NCBI GenBank assembly: GCA_022601435.1
Contig: JAJACQ010000025.1
Span: 10,563-74,562 of the forward strand
Reading direction: 5' to 3'
DNA from: Chlamydiia bacterium
Lineage (GTDB): Bacteria; Chlamydiota; Chlamydiia; Chlamydiales; 2-12-FULL-49-11
DNA: 64,000 nt
Shown piece by piece: positions 9,379 to 19,780 of this stretch (positions are counted from its first letter, which is position 1; each line of letters begins with the position of its first letter). The notes beneath the pieces are model-generated. The model searched no databases, was not told the DNA's origin, and saw only the letters and a list, made by a program, of their open reading frames with translations. A program made the translations under genes and the position numbers.

Positions 9379-10898
9379 ATCGATACCTTTTTAATTTTTC
9401 CTTTTCTAACCTGCTCTGCATAGATTAACATAAGTCCTGATAGTGACAAAATAAACGAAATAATTGAGATCGCTTTTAATGCTCCAAAGGCAGCTTTTTT
9501 AGAATCTTGTTTTATAAGATTTGTTTTTAACCCTGTTGAAGAGGTTTTTTGCCCTCCAAGGTAGATTTTTACAAATTCTGTTTTCTGGGTTTTTGATAGA
9601 TGAAGCTCTTTTTCGTTAATATAACTTCTCATATCACTTTTCATAGTACCTGAATGAATTGAGCCTAGTATTGCAAGGCCCATTGTAGCTCCTGTAAACC
9701 TCATAGTACTATATACACCAGCCACAAGACCTCTTTTTTCCTTCGGTGCTGAGCTTATTACAAAAGAAGCTGTTGGTGTTAATATTTGTGAAACACTAAA
9801 ACCATAAACCACAAAACCAACTATCATTAATGGAAAGTACCCATAAATAGAAAATATGATCAAACAAAAATAAGTAATAGAATGACCCACGAATCCTATT
9901 GTTGTGGGGAGTTTTACTCCATATTTATCTAATAAATAGCCAGCTAAAGGTGCTGCTATGATTGTTGGTGCAGTAGATAAAAACACCCAAAATCCTGCTG
10001 TTGTAGGAGAAAGTTCCATTGCATTTTGCAAAAAAATAGTCCAAAAAACTGTATTCATTAATAAGAACTGAACAATAAAAGCATGTAGATTTCCAATTAA
10101 AAAGTTACTGTTTCTAAATAATGAAAAATCAAAAAATGGTTCTTTCGTTTTATAATTTCTATAATGAAAATAAAAGAGTAAAGCGAAACAAAAACCTACA
10201 ATGAAGAAACTAGAATTTAAAAGCGAGGTCCACCCAAGTGACTCCCCTTCCATTGCTCCTAAAGTAATTAAAAATAGAGCTCCTACAAATAAAAATAAAC
10301 TCACAAAATCAATTTTCACTCTACGACTAGGGTATTTTGGAACATAGCGCATTGTCAAAACAACACCAATTAGAGAAATAAAAATATTTATAAAAAAGAC
10401 CCATCTCCAGGTCGCATATTCTGTAAATAATCCTCCAATGAACGGGCCTAATGCTAAGAAAAGACCGCCCGTTGCAACAGTCATACCTACTGCTTTCCCT
10501 CTTTGGTTTGAAGGAAATTTAGCGATTATGATAGAGGTCACCATTGGAGCAATGAGCGCCGCTGCTAAACCTTGAATTGTTCTTGAGATGATCAACCAAG
10601 CAAGGTTTGTAGCAAATCCCCCAAAAACAGAGGCCACTCCAAAAATTAACATTCCAATTATAAACATGCGACGGATACCGAAAATATCCCCTAACTTTCC
10701 ACCAAAAATTACAAAACTAGCTTCTGCTAAAAAATAAACATTTACAATCCATTGAAGTCCTGTTTGTGAAATACCTAATTCTTTTTGAATAGTTGGTAAA
10801 GTCACTGGGAGAATTGTGGAATCTAAAAAAATCATAGAAATACCACAAATCATTGCTGCTAAAAGAAGCCACTTATCACTAGAAAATCGAAATGTCAT
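9375..10898 (-). CDS. DHA2 (EmrB/QacA) family MFS transporter
   Basis: LDSTILPVTLP, GGKLGDIFGIRR, GPFIGG..WRWVFFIN; about 14 TM segments. Confidence 0.92.
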   Translation of the reverse strand: MTFRFSSDKWLLLAAMICGISMIFLDSTILPVTLPTIQKELGISQTGLQWIVNVYFLAEASFVIFGGKLGDIFGIRRMFIIGMLIFGVASVFGGFATNLAWLIISRTIQGLAAALIAPMVTSIIIAKFPSNQRGKAVGMTVATGGLFLALGPFIGGLFTEYATWRWVFFINIFISLIGVVLTMRYVPKYPSRRVKIDFVSLFLFVGALFLITLGAMEGESLGWTSLLNSSFFIVGFCFALLFYFHYRNYKTKEPFFDFSLFRNSNFLIGNLHAFIVQFLLMNTVFWTIFLQNAMELSPTTAGFWVFLSTAPTIIAAPLAGYLLDKYGVKLPTTIGFVGHSITYFCLIIFSIYGYFPLMIVGFVVYGFSVSQILTPTASFVISSAPKEKRGLVAGVYSTMRFTGATMGLAILGSIHSGTMKSDMRSYINEKELHLSKTQKTEFVKIYLGGQKTSSTGLKTNLIKQDSKKAAFGALKAISIISFILSLSGLMLIYAEQVRKGKIKKVSI

Positions 10899-11089
10899 TA
10901 ATGTTGTCCAAAGTAATATTATTTTATTTATACCATGATTTAAGGGATTTTTCTAGGTTTTTTATCTATAATAAATAAAAAAAAATTATCAATTCTCAAT
11001 TGTTGCTTTCTGAGAATTTATATAAGATTGAATTTTCTTCTTTACTTTTTATTTTAATTACAATAACCTTACATAAATTTTAACTCTCC

Positions 11090-12745
11090 ATGGTTTTAAT
11101 CTTGAAAAAACACCTTTATTTCTGCCTTTTTTTTATTGTTATTTCCTCTTTTTTTTCTTGTAGTAAAAAACCTTCACAGGATGAAATAAAGAATTCATTA
11201 CATTTAAATCTTCTTCAGGAACCAGTTACCTATGATCCACGTAAGGTAGCGGATTTCACATCAACAACTATTTCTGTGCTTCTATTCGAGGGTTTAATAA
11301 GAAGAACACCTGATTCTACTACTGCCTTAGGTCTTGCCGAATCCGTTGATATTTCTGAAGATGGAAAAACATATATATTTCATTTAAAAGACACAAAATG
11401 GAGTAATGGAACTCCTGTTACAGCCTATGATATTGCTCAGAGTTGGTTGGACATGTTACACCCTAATTTTTCCACACAAAACGCTCACTTACTATATCCA
11501 ATAGAAAATGCTAAAGAAGCTAAATGTGGAAAGCTCCCTCTTAAAAAAGTGGGTATAAATGTGATCAACTACAACACACTAGAAGTAAAACTCAATACTC
11601 CGACACCTTTCTTCGATGAAATTATCTCTTACTGTATGTTTTCTCCTGTTTGCCAAAGTTATATATCCGAAAATCCTAATTGGTTAGATGTAAAAGATCG
11701 TTCCTTTGTTTGTAATGGGCCGTATAGAGTTGCAAAAAGACGAATTGGAAGGGTTCTTATATTAGAGAAAAACCCCTATTACTGGGATGCTGATTCTGTT
11801 GAACTTGAACAAATATCTATTTCGATTGTAGATAATGAAACAACTGCATTAAATATGTTCTTAAACAATCAAATAGATATGATTGGATTGCCTTACTCAG
11901 GAATCCCGACAGACTCTATACCTGAATTTTTAAATAAAGGGATGATTGAAACAACAGAAAAAGCTGCATCAACTATCTGTTGCTTCAACTTAGAAAGCTT
12001 TCCCTTTAAAAACAAAAATATTCGAAAAGCTTTTGCAATAGCGTTAAACCGTCAAGAAATTGTTGATAATATTACGCAAACCGGTGAAGCGCCTGGAACC
12101 CAACTTTTACCAGACACTTTAATCCCCAATCAACCAACCCCAAGCTTTAAAGATGGAGATATTAAAACTGCTAATGACTATCTTGAGAAGGGTTTGAAGG
12201 AATTAAACATTTCCCGGAAAGATTTTCCTTCAATAAAAATGCTTCATCTTTCAACAGGGATCTATCCAAAGGTTGCACAAGCAATTCAAGAACAATGGCG
12301 TAAATCTTTAGGTGTAAATATCATTCTAGAGGGGTTTGAATATAAAGTCTTTTTAGATAAATTAGGAAAGAAAGATTTCTCCATAACTCAATGTGTTTGG
12401 ATTGCTCAATACCCTGATCCCATGAATATTCTTGATAGATTTTGTCTTAAGGAAAATATAAAAAATTATCCTGGGTATGATAATGAAGAATTTAGAAATC
12501 TAGTTAATAATTCTGTATACTATTTTAATAAACAAGATCGATTTAATGAACTAAATAAAGCTTTAGATATAATTAATGAGGATGTTCCTATGACAGCTGT
12601 TTATCACTGGAAAAGTCCATTTATGAGAAAACGATATGTAAAAGATCTATTTATAAAACCAACAGGATCCTTTCACTTAACCAGTATCAAATTAGACAAA
12701 GATGAGGTTCCCAGCAATCGCCCAATTGATGTAGCAGTGAAATAA
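11090..12745 (+). CDS. oppA: Oligopeptide ABC transporter substrate-binding lipoprotein
   Basis: Lipobox FFSC; LLFEGL, WSNGTPVTAYD, NGPY, KNPYYWD, WIAQYPDP. Confidence 0.92.
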   Translation: MVLILKKHLYFCLFFIVISSFFSCSKKPSQDEIKNSLHLNLLQEPVTYDPRKVADFTSTTISVLLFEGLIRRTPDSTTALGLAESVDISEDGKTYIFHLKDTKWSNGTPVTAYDIAQSWLDMLHPNFSTQNAHLLYPIENAKEAKCGKLPLKKVGINVINYNTLEVKLNTPTPFFDEIISYCMFSPVCQSYISENPNWLDVKDRSFVCNGPYRVAKRRIGRVLILEKNPYYWDADSVELEQISISIVDNETTALNMFLNNQIDMIGLPYSGIPTDSIPEFLNKGMIETTEKAASTICCFNLESFPFKNKNIRKAFAIALNRQEIVDNITQTGEAPGTQLLPDTLIPNQPTPSFKDGDIKTANDYLEKGLKELNISRKDFPSIKMLHLSTGIYPKVAQAIQEQWRKSLGVNIILEGFEYKVFLDKLGKKDFSITQCVWIAQYPDPMNILDRFCLKENIKNYPGYDNEEFRNLVNNSVYYFNKQDRFNELNKALDIINEDVPMTAVYHWKSPFMRKRYVKDLFIKPTGSFHLTSIKLDKDEVPSNRPIDVAVK

Positions 12746-12829
12746 ACAAGAAGATATAAAGATTGTCTTTACTTTATCTCCACCCTTACTTACAGTGTTT
12801 ATTTATCAAGTTCTGGAAATACTAAGTTT

Positions 12830-14479
12830 ATGAAAAAAACATTTACACCAATGCTCTTTTGTATTCTTTCTACAATTGCGGTTTTCTCCTGTAGTCATAA
12901 AGGGAATACAAAAAAGAAATCTGTTAACGGCATTCATATAAATGTATTACAAGACCCTACGACGCTTGATTCTAGAAAGTGTGCGGATTTTATATCCAGT
13001 TGCGTACAATTTCTTCTTTTTGAAGGATTAGTTAGAATGACTCCTGACTCAATTGCAGCTCCTGGGATTGCTCGGGATATTTTTGTTTCTGATGATGGAT
13101 TAAAGTATACCTTTCGTATCAGAGATGCTCAGTGGAGTAATGGAACGCCAATTACTGCTTATGATTTTGCTCAAACTTGGTTGGATATGCTAGATCCACT
13201 TTTCCCCTCTCCAAATGCGCATTTACTTTTTCCTATTAAAAATGCTGAAAAAGCCAAGCGAGGTGATGTACCTTTAAGGGATGTTGGAATCAAAGTTGTC
13301 GATTACAAAACCCTAGAGGTTTATTTAAAAAATCCTACCCCTTATTTTAAAGAACTAATTTCATTTACTGTTTTTAATCCAATCTGCCAACACCACATCC
13401 AGGATAATGAAGATTGGGCTAAAAGATGTGATCGAACTTTTATTTGCAATGGGCCTTATCGGTTAGCAAAAAGACGACCTGGTAGGGATCTTATTTTAGA
13501 GAAAAACCCTTATTACTGGGATGCTGATTCTGTTGAACTTGAACAAATATCCATTTCAATTGTTGATAGTGAAACAACAGCTTTGAATCTTTTTAACAAC
13601 AACGAATTAGACCTTCTCGGGATCCCCTTTCGAGGAATACCTTCAGATTCTATTCCCGACCTTTTAGATAGGGGGCTAATCGAGACAACAGATATTCCAG
13701 CAAGTACAATTTGTTGTTTTAATTTAGAGCGTTATCCATTTAATAATAAAAACATCAGAAAAGCTTTTGCCTACTCAATTAATCGAAAAGATATTGTAAA
13801 TCATGTAACTTCAATGAGTGAATCACCTGGTGTAGACCTTCTTCCTGAAAATCTTTTACCAAATCAACCCACGCCTTTTTTTACAGATGGTGATATAGAA
13901 ACTGCGCGCATGTATTTAGAAAAGGGGCTAAAAGAATTAGATATCACAATAGAAGATCTTCCCACAATAACACTTCTACACTCAACAACGGGTATTTATC
14001 CAAAAATTGCCCAAGCGATTCAAGATCAATGGAAAAAGGGGTTGGGAATTTCTGTTGAACTAAATGGATTTGAGTATAAAGTATTTCTTGATCATCTAAA
14101 TAAGAAAAATTTTTGTATTGGACAATGTGTTTGGATTGCCCAATATCCCGATCCCATGGATCTTTTAGATCGCTTTCGTCTAAAGGAAAACACTAAGAAT
14201 TATTCTGGTTATGATAATAAAAAGTATCAAGAGATTTTAGAAGGATCTTTGTATCATCAAGACAAAATAAAACGTTATGATGAGTTAAAAAAAGCACTCA
14301 ATATCCTTAATGAAGAAGTACCTGTAACCGCCATTTATCACTGGAAAAATGCATATATGAAAAAGCCTTACATTAAAGGTTTAAAAATTAGTCCTTTTGG
14401 ATTTTCTAATTTAACAGGAATAAAAGTGATTAAAGATAAATCACCAATCGATCAACCTATTATTGCAAGTGTAAAATAG
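12830..14479 (+). CDS. oppA: Oligopeptide ABC transporter substrate-binding lipoprotein (tandem paralog)
   Basis: Lipobox VFSC; same OppA motifs; colinear with upstream copy. Confidence 0.92.
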   Translation: MKKTFTPMLFCILSTIAVFSCSHKGNTKKKSVNGIHINVLQDPTTLDSRKCADFISSCVQFLLFEGLVRMTPDSIAAPGIARDIFVSDDGLKYTFRIRDAQWSNGTPITAYDFAQTWLDMLDPLFPSPNAHLLFPIKNAEKAKRGDVPLRDVGIKVVDYKTLEVYLKNPTPYFKELISFTVFNPICQHHIQDNEDWAKRCDRTFICNGPYRLAKRRPGRDLILEKNPYYWDADSVELEQISISIVDSETTALNLFNNNELDLLGIPFRGIPSDSIPDLLDRGLIETTDIPASTICCFNLERYPFNNKNIRKAFAYSINRKDIVNHVTSMSESPGVDLLPENLLPNQPTPFFTDGDIETARMYLEKGLKELDITIEDLPTITLLHSTTGIYPKIAQAIQDQWKKGLGISVELNGFEYKVFLDHLNKKNFCIGQCVWIAQYPDPMDLLDRFRLKENTKNYSGYDNKKYQEILEGSLYHQDKIKRYDELKKALNILNEEVPVTAIYHWKNAYMKKPYIKGLKISPFGFSNLTGIKVIKDKSPIDQPIIASVK

Positions 14480-14587
14480 TAAAAACAGTGTAAAAATATT
14501 CTTTACTCTATACAAATAATTTCTTATCTATATACTTTCTTAAGTGCATTAATATTTTCTAAGATATAATTTCTTTTAGGAGGAGAA

Positions 14588-16723
14588 TTGAATATTTATT
14601 TTCCAATATCTCATTTTGATGAAGAATCAAAACCAATGATAGTAAACCTCACTAAGGTTATCCCTATTCATAAAATTCCCCACCAAAGAAAAGAGCAGTT
14701 AGAGAGTTATTATAATTCTATACAAGATGTTATCCGAAAAATGATTCCAGAGGAATGTGAAGATATAATAACGAAACATCAATTCAAGCCTGAGGTATGT
14801 AAAAGGCTTTTTTACAAAGGTATTACAGAAAGAACCCCTTTAATCAAAGGTGAATTTTATGAAAATGATGAACGAACAACACTCTCAATTACTACACTTT
14901 GCAAAGCAAAATATACACAAGAGGTGGGGAGGTTTATTTGTGACTATTTTTCAAAGTGGTTAATTCCTGGAAAATTAATGGAATTAAGTCATGTGCATTC
15001 ATCAGAAATTCAATTTGAGCAATTCCAAAAACATAGCTTTTTTTTCTTTGAAATGTTTATTGAAATTGAAAATAAAAATCATTTAGAAAGTATTAAGGCT
15101 AATCTATCAGACTTAATAGATGAATTAAAACTAAATATTCTTACGGTTTATCATGCAAGGCGTGTATTATCTGTTAAAACGCTTACAGAAGAGCAGAAAA
15201 AGATCATAATACAAGAAAATATCTCTGAATTGTTAGATATCCCTTCTAAAGGATACAATCATAATCTTTTCGAGCAAATGCAGCATTTTCTACTAAAAGC
15301 TTCATCGGAAGAAAAAATTTTACGTATCAAAGACTCTTTATCACCTTTAATTGATTTAAAGCCTCAAATTTTTGAGCGTGATTTATTTAATGAAATTCAA
15401 AAATTCATTCTACCAGCTAAAAAAGAATTCACATTAATTAGAAAGCTCTCATATGTGACAAGAATTATTGCCTATTCCTACCTTCTTAGAAAGCGAGCGT
15501 CTTTTGCTTTTAATTCAAATCCTTCAAGTAGATTTGCTGTGACAAAACTTTTACGAACAAATCTTATTTTAGAAAATGAAATAAAACCTGTTCTAGGAAT
15601 TTTAGTCGGTATTAACTACTCATCAGAAAATGAAATATTTGATGAAAGGCATTTATTAGCTGCTATTTATTCTATAATCCCAGATGCAAAACCTGTTAAA
15701 GATTCCACAATACACAATAAAAGAGAATATACTGGCACAAGAATTTTATATCTTGAGATAGAAAAGATGAATGATAGCTTTTCTAGTGAAGAAATAAAAA
15801 AACTACAAGTTAATCTCACACAAAAAGTGCTTTCAAAAATAGAAAGCGTGACAAATACTGTTTTTATGCCTCGTAATGAAGAAGAAATTCTACGAAATAT
15901 TCTAACACTTAGCAACCAACTACAATTCCCCACGGATTTACCACAAGTAATGATCAATTATCATTCACAGCAAAAATCTTTATTAGTATTCACTGTTATT
16001 TTAGTAAGAATTGAATACCCCAATCTTAAAAAAATAAAAAAGTCCAAATCAAGCAATGAAGCCGTCTTTATAAGAGAAAAAGAAGAAAAGCAAGTAGGTG
16101 TTATAAGAAAGGAATATAAAAAGAAGGCTTATATCCTTGAAATCTGCTGCCAAAAAAAGGATTACCTTAGAACAGACTTTTCCATCGACTTAAATAAAGC
16201 AAGGCGTGATGTTTTTTCATTTATCACTAGCATTGGAGGTGATGTACGTGATTTTAATGGTGGTATGATTGCCAAACAAAATGAAGTATTAATAGAGCTT
16301 AAAAGGAACCTTCTTCAATCAAACTTTACTGATCTTTATATTTTAGAAAATTTCTTTTATTCATTTATTCCAAGATTTATGCAGTGTATACTTCCTGTTA
16401 CAGCTCTTAAACATTCTTTTTCTTTCTTACTAGAAGCTCTTGAACATGATTTTAATCAAACAATCTATTTTATAAAAACTATCACCTGGGAAAAATATTT
16501 CATTATCTCAGTTGCTACAATCAATCAGTCATTTAAAGAGTTTATAGAAGAAAGGATTTCAAACCTCAACTTTGATTCTTCAAGCCTTGCTACTTCTTAT
16601 ACTAATATTCATGATATCCCTATTCTATCTTATATTTTAAATTTTTCAGATCCATTACAGTCAGAGGCTCTTCTTAAAACGCTTGTAGAGGGTATTAAAG
16701 AATGGAAAAATAAACTTTCCTAA
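14588..16723 (+). CDS. Large hypothetical protein
   Basis: 711-aa ORF, AGGAG before TTG start; motifs FMPRNEEE, GDVRDFNGGMIAKQNE; no family recognised. Confidence 0.75.
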   Translation: MNIYFPISHFDEESKPMIVNLTKVIPIHKIPHQRKEQLESYYNSIQDVIRKMIPEECEDIITKHQFKPEVCKRLFYKGITERTPLIKGEFYENDERTTLSITTLCKAKYTQEVGRFICDYFSKWLIPGKLMELSHVHSSEIQFEQFQKHSFFFFEMFIEIENKNHLESIKANLSDLIDELKLNILTVYHARRVLSVKTLTEEQKKIIIQENISELLDIPSKGYNHNLFEQMQHFLLKASSEEKILRIKDSLSPLIDLKPQIFERDLFNEIQKFILPAKKEFTLIRKLSYVTRIIAYSYLLRKRASFAFNSNPSSRFAVTKLLRTNLILENEIKPVLGILVGINYSSENEIFDERHLLAAIYSIIPDAKPVKDSTIHNKREYTGTRILYLEIEKMNDSFSSEEIKKLQVNLTQKVLSKIESVTNTVFMPRNEEEILRNILTLSNQLQFPTDLPQVMINYHSQQKSLLVFTVILVRIEYPNLKKIKKSKSSNEAVFIREKEEKQVGVIRKEYKKKAYILEICCQKKDYLRTDFSIDLNKARRDVFSFITSIGGDVRDFNGGMIAKQNEVLIELKRNLLQSNFTDLYILENFFYSFIPRFMQCILPVTALKHSFSFLLEALEHDFNQTIYFIKTITWEKYFIISVATINQSFKEFIEERISNLNFDSSSLATSYTNIHDIPILSYILNFSDPLQSEALLKTLVEGIKEWKNKLS

Positions 16724-17619
16724 CCGGTATCTAAATACTTATTAATCAACCAATCTTTATCTTTTAGCCATATATCATTATGCTCTTTCTTAAAAAGATC
16801 AGCAGAGCTTAAAAGAGAATTTACTTTTTTTGCCTCATCTAATGCGACTTCTTCTTTTAAAATTGAATTAATCCGATGGTATTGATCTTTTAATATTTGT
16901 TGTAAGGGATAATGCGGTACTTGCATACTCATATCAGTCATTAACTCAAACAACTTTAATTTATCATCCATCCAATCATCAACTCCCCAGTCAACCTCCC
17001 CTTCAATACCTGAAGGATTAACCCCATTACCTAATGATAAAAGTCTTATAGAATGACTATCTTTTTTCCCACCATTTTGATCGATAAGACGAGAATAGGC
17101 AATAAGCGCAGGATTAACTGCAAACACTCCTCCATCAATATGCCCTTGATAGGAAGGGAAATATAAGGGTGCAGAAGCAGATCTTATTGCTACATCGATA
17201 ACACGATCACCCCCATTTGTAAATGTATCGTAGATTTCTTCTTTCCACCTTCCACGACTAGGGTCATACAATCGACATGTAGGAATAATTAAATCTCTAT
17301 CTAAATCATTTAATGTTAAATTTTTAGGTACTATTGTTTTAAGGAGGAATTTAAGTCGTTTATTATGATACTTTGAAGAGCCCTTAGTATTTTTAGCAAA
17401 AGCAAAAGATCCTAGATTCTTATAATAAAATAATAATTTTTTAGGAGAATGACCTAAGTTTAAACAGGTTGAAATTAAACCACCAGTAGATGTACCTGCA
17501 AAGCAATCTATTTTTTTGAGAAAATCTTTATCTACCTCATCTTGAATAAATTCCAAAAGTTTTAAAGCAAAAACTCCCCTTATTCCCCCGCCATCAATTG
17601 ATAAAACTCGATAAACCAC
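16720..17619 (-). CDS. Patatin-like phospholipase
   Basis: LSIDGGGIRG, GTSTG nucleophile, SASAPLYF, DGGVFAVNP. Confidence 0.93.
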   Translation of the reverse strand: MVYRVLSIDGGGIRGVFALKLLEFIQDEVDKDFLKKIDCFAGTSTGGLISTCLNLGHSPKKLLFYYKNLGSFAFAKNTKGSSKYHNKRLKFLLKTIVPKNLTLNDLDRDLIIPTCRLYDPSRGRWKEEIYDTFTNGGDRVIDVAIRSASAPLYFPSYQGHIDGGVFAVNPALIAYSRLIDQNGGKKDSHSIRLLSLGNGVNPSGIEGEVDWGVDDWMDDKLKLFELMTDMSMQVPHYPLQQILKDQYHRINSILKEEVALDEAKKVNSLLSSADLFKKEHNDIWLKDKDWLINKYLDTG

Positions 17620-17744
17620 TAATTTTTCCTAATTTATATCTTTACATTGATCATACCTTATGTTTTACCACAAACTATTTTTATAGTGATTGCTTAGTAT
17701 AGGTAATATTGTTATAATTTTTCGTATTAAAACAAAGGGGTGTT

Positions 17745-18389
17745 ATGAGATTCTTATTACTTGCAATTGTTCCACTTATGGGTTTTTCAACAATGACTAT
17801 TGAAAATATTGCAAATCTTTTTCCAAAAGAAAATGATTTATTCTTAATTGGTCGACCAGAACGAATTATGTTAAAAGTAGGACCTGCAACAACAGTGTAT
17901 CATAAAACACGAATGCGCCCCTCTATTGGTTTAGGTGTTAGATCAGATAGACTTCAAAACATCTTATTTGATGCAATTGATGTCACTTTTTCTTATAGTT
18001 ATAATAAAATTGAAGAACCAAGACGCCAATACAGCATTGGTGAATTCTATTATCCTAAAGTTTCTATTTTAAAGTATACAACACCACAAAGTAATTCATC
18101 GTTTTATTTTGGTGCAGGATCTGGACTTTACCGTTCTTGGCAATATGAAACATATGCAAACTCACCTTCTCTTTTAAGTAGTAATGATGATCATATTTAC
18201 ACTATTAATTCTTTTTATTACTATGGATTTACAGCAAACGTTTGTCTAGGGTTTGAAGCTTTTAGATCAAGTGAAATTTCTTCAGGAATCCAACTTGACT
18301 TAAGCTCTCCTATGATGCCTTTATCTAAGAGAAATATTGGTGAAGTAAGTCCTCTTTCTATTGAGATTTCATACATTGCAGGGTTCTAA
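17745..18389 (+). CDS. Putative small outer-membrane beta-barrel protein
   Basis: Signal peptide, alternating aromatic strands (FYFGAGSGLY), C-terminal EISYIAGF. Confidence 0.65.
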   Translation: MRFLLLAIVPLMGFSTMTIENIANLFPKENDLFLIGRPERIMLKVGPATTVYHKTRMRPSIGLGVRSDRLQNILFDAIDVTFSYSYNKIEEPRRQYSIGEFYYPKVSILKYTTPQSNSSFYFGAGSGLYRSWQYETYANSPSLLSSNDDHIYTINSFYYYGFTANVCLGFEAFRSSEISSGIQLDLSSPMMPLSKRNIGEVSPLSIEISYIAGF

Positions 18390-18475
18390 TTACACTTTCT
18401 GATAATACCCTATAATTGACTTTTAATAGTTATTTATGATATATTCCTTGCTATCCTAACAAAGGAGATATAAAT

Positions 18476-19075
18476 ATGAATAAAATGCTATTTTTAATTT
18501 TAGGGGCTACAGGAACTATTTTTAGTTCTTCTGTTTCTCAAAATCTACAACCAGAAGAAGTACAAAATCCTTCAGAAATATCGAATTCAGAACAATTGAA
18601 AAGTGTTGGTCACTTCGACTTTAAAGTAGGACCTAGCTTTTTAATAAATAAGACTCAAAAAACTATACCTGTATTTTTCTTTGGATATCAATCCCCCATT
18701 GAAACATCAAACCTTTTTGAATCAGCAAGAGTCGAAGTTGGTGGTGGTTATATGGGAGGAGATCATTCAATTTGGTATCACCCAAAAGTTGCCGCTGTAA
18801 AATACTTAAACCCAAATAGTGATCAAAGAGTTTATTTTCTAACTGGATCCCATTTAGCAACTGTTTTTGGCAGTGATAAAGAGGGTGTTACTAAAAGACA
18901 TTATCAAGATACTTATATAGGTGGTTCTCTCGGTCTAGGATTGGAAATCGGAAAATCAGATTCAGCAGTTAATAGAGTTGAATTTGGATATGATATTCCA
19001 TTACTTTCTTTAGATGATAAACCTGTTATTTTAAATAGAGGTGTACCTATGATCACCTACTCTGTAGGTTTCTAA
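18476..19075 (+). CDS. Putative small outer-membrane beta-barrel protein (paralog)
   Basis: AAGGAG RBS, signal peptide, shared KVGP and YxPKV..KY motifs with upstream gene, C-terminal ITYSVGF. Confidence 0.65.
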   Translation: MNKMLFLILGATGTIFSSSVSQNLQPEEVQNPSEISNSEQLKSVGHFDFKVGPSFLINKTQKTIPVFFFGYQSPIETSNLFESARVEVGGGYMGGDHSIWYHPKVAAVKYLNPNSDQRVYFLTGSHLATVFGSDKEGVTKRHYQDTYIGGSLGLGLEIGKSDSAVNRVEFGYDIPLLSLDDKPVILNRGVPMITYSVGF

Positions 19076-19093
19076 GTAAAACACTTTAACCCT

Positions 19094-19126
19094 AAAAAAG
19101 GCCCTCTATTTTTGAGGGCTTTTTTT
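19094..19126 (+). terminator. Intrinsic terminator (possibly bidirectional)
   Basis: AAAAAAG-GCCCTC-loop-GAGGGC-TTTTTTT. Confidence 0.85.
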
Positions 19127-19177
19127 GTTTCGTTTTATAAAACTATCAGTTAAAATTTTTTTGCGAGGTACAAATAT

Positions 19178-19780
19178 ATGTTTAAGTCATTTGAACTAGA
19201 TGTAAATAATTTCATCGAAGAAAGAAGGTGGGATAAATTCCATTCTTTAAAAAATGTAATCAGTGGACATGTTTGTGAAGTTGCTGAATTATTAGAAGTT
19301 TTCACCCTTTTTGACATTGATAAAGAGTTTGATGAGGTGAAAAAGGAAATTGGAGATGTATTCATCACCCTTTTTTGCATTTACCGTGTTTTAAATTTAG
19401 ATATACATCAATATGTAGACTACGAAAATCCAGAAAAAACTGCTTTTGATTATATCCAGACAATCACTAACAAAAAACTTACACCGGAATTATTAGTGAG
19501 TCTTCAAAGTGTTAAAGCAGGGTTTATGCAAGAATCCTTTCTTTGGATTGAGGATAAAGAGAGTAAAAATTATGCTCAAGAAATTCCAATTGAGTTATTC
19601 ACAACACCATTTTTAATAGCTTTAGCCCTTTGTTATTCATTAAATCTTTCTGCAATAGAGGTTATGAGTCAAAAGCTTGCTTATACAGCTAAAAAATACT
19701 CACTTGATTTTGCCTGTGATGATTCAATCTTGCAATCAATGAATAAAACTAAAGCTCTAAAACGAGGGAAACAATGTTAG
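19178..19780 (+). CDS. MazG-like nucleotide pyrophosphohydrolase (DCTPP1/RS21-C6 type)
   Basis: FIEERRWDKFHSLKN..EVAELLEVF..EIGDV; terminal KL..TAKKY. Confidence 0.75.
   Translation: MFKSFELDVNNFIEERRWDKFHSLKNVISGHVCEVAELLEVFTLFDIDKEFDEVKKEIGDVFITLFCIYRVLNLDIHQYVDYENPEKTAFDYIQTITNKKLTPELLVSLQSVKAGFMQESFLWIEDKESKNYAQEIPIELFTTPFLIALALCYSLNLSAIEVMSQKLAYTAKKYSLDFACDDSILQSMNKTKALKRGKQC

Noticed and set aside
16720-19780. CBASS or other defence island (patatin plus MazG-like)
   Set aside because: No CD-NTase, Cap2/3 or other defence genes; the two genes are on opposite strands and separated by membrane proteins
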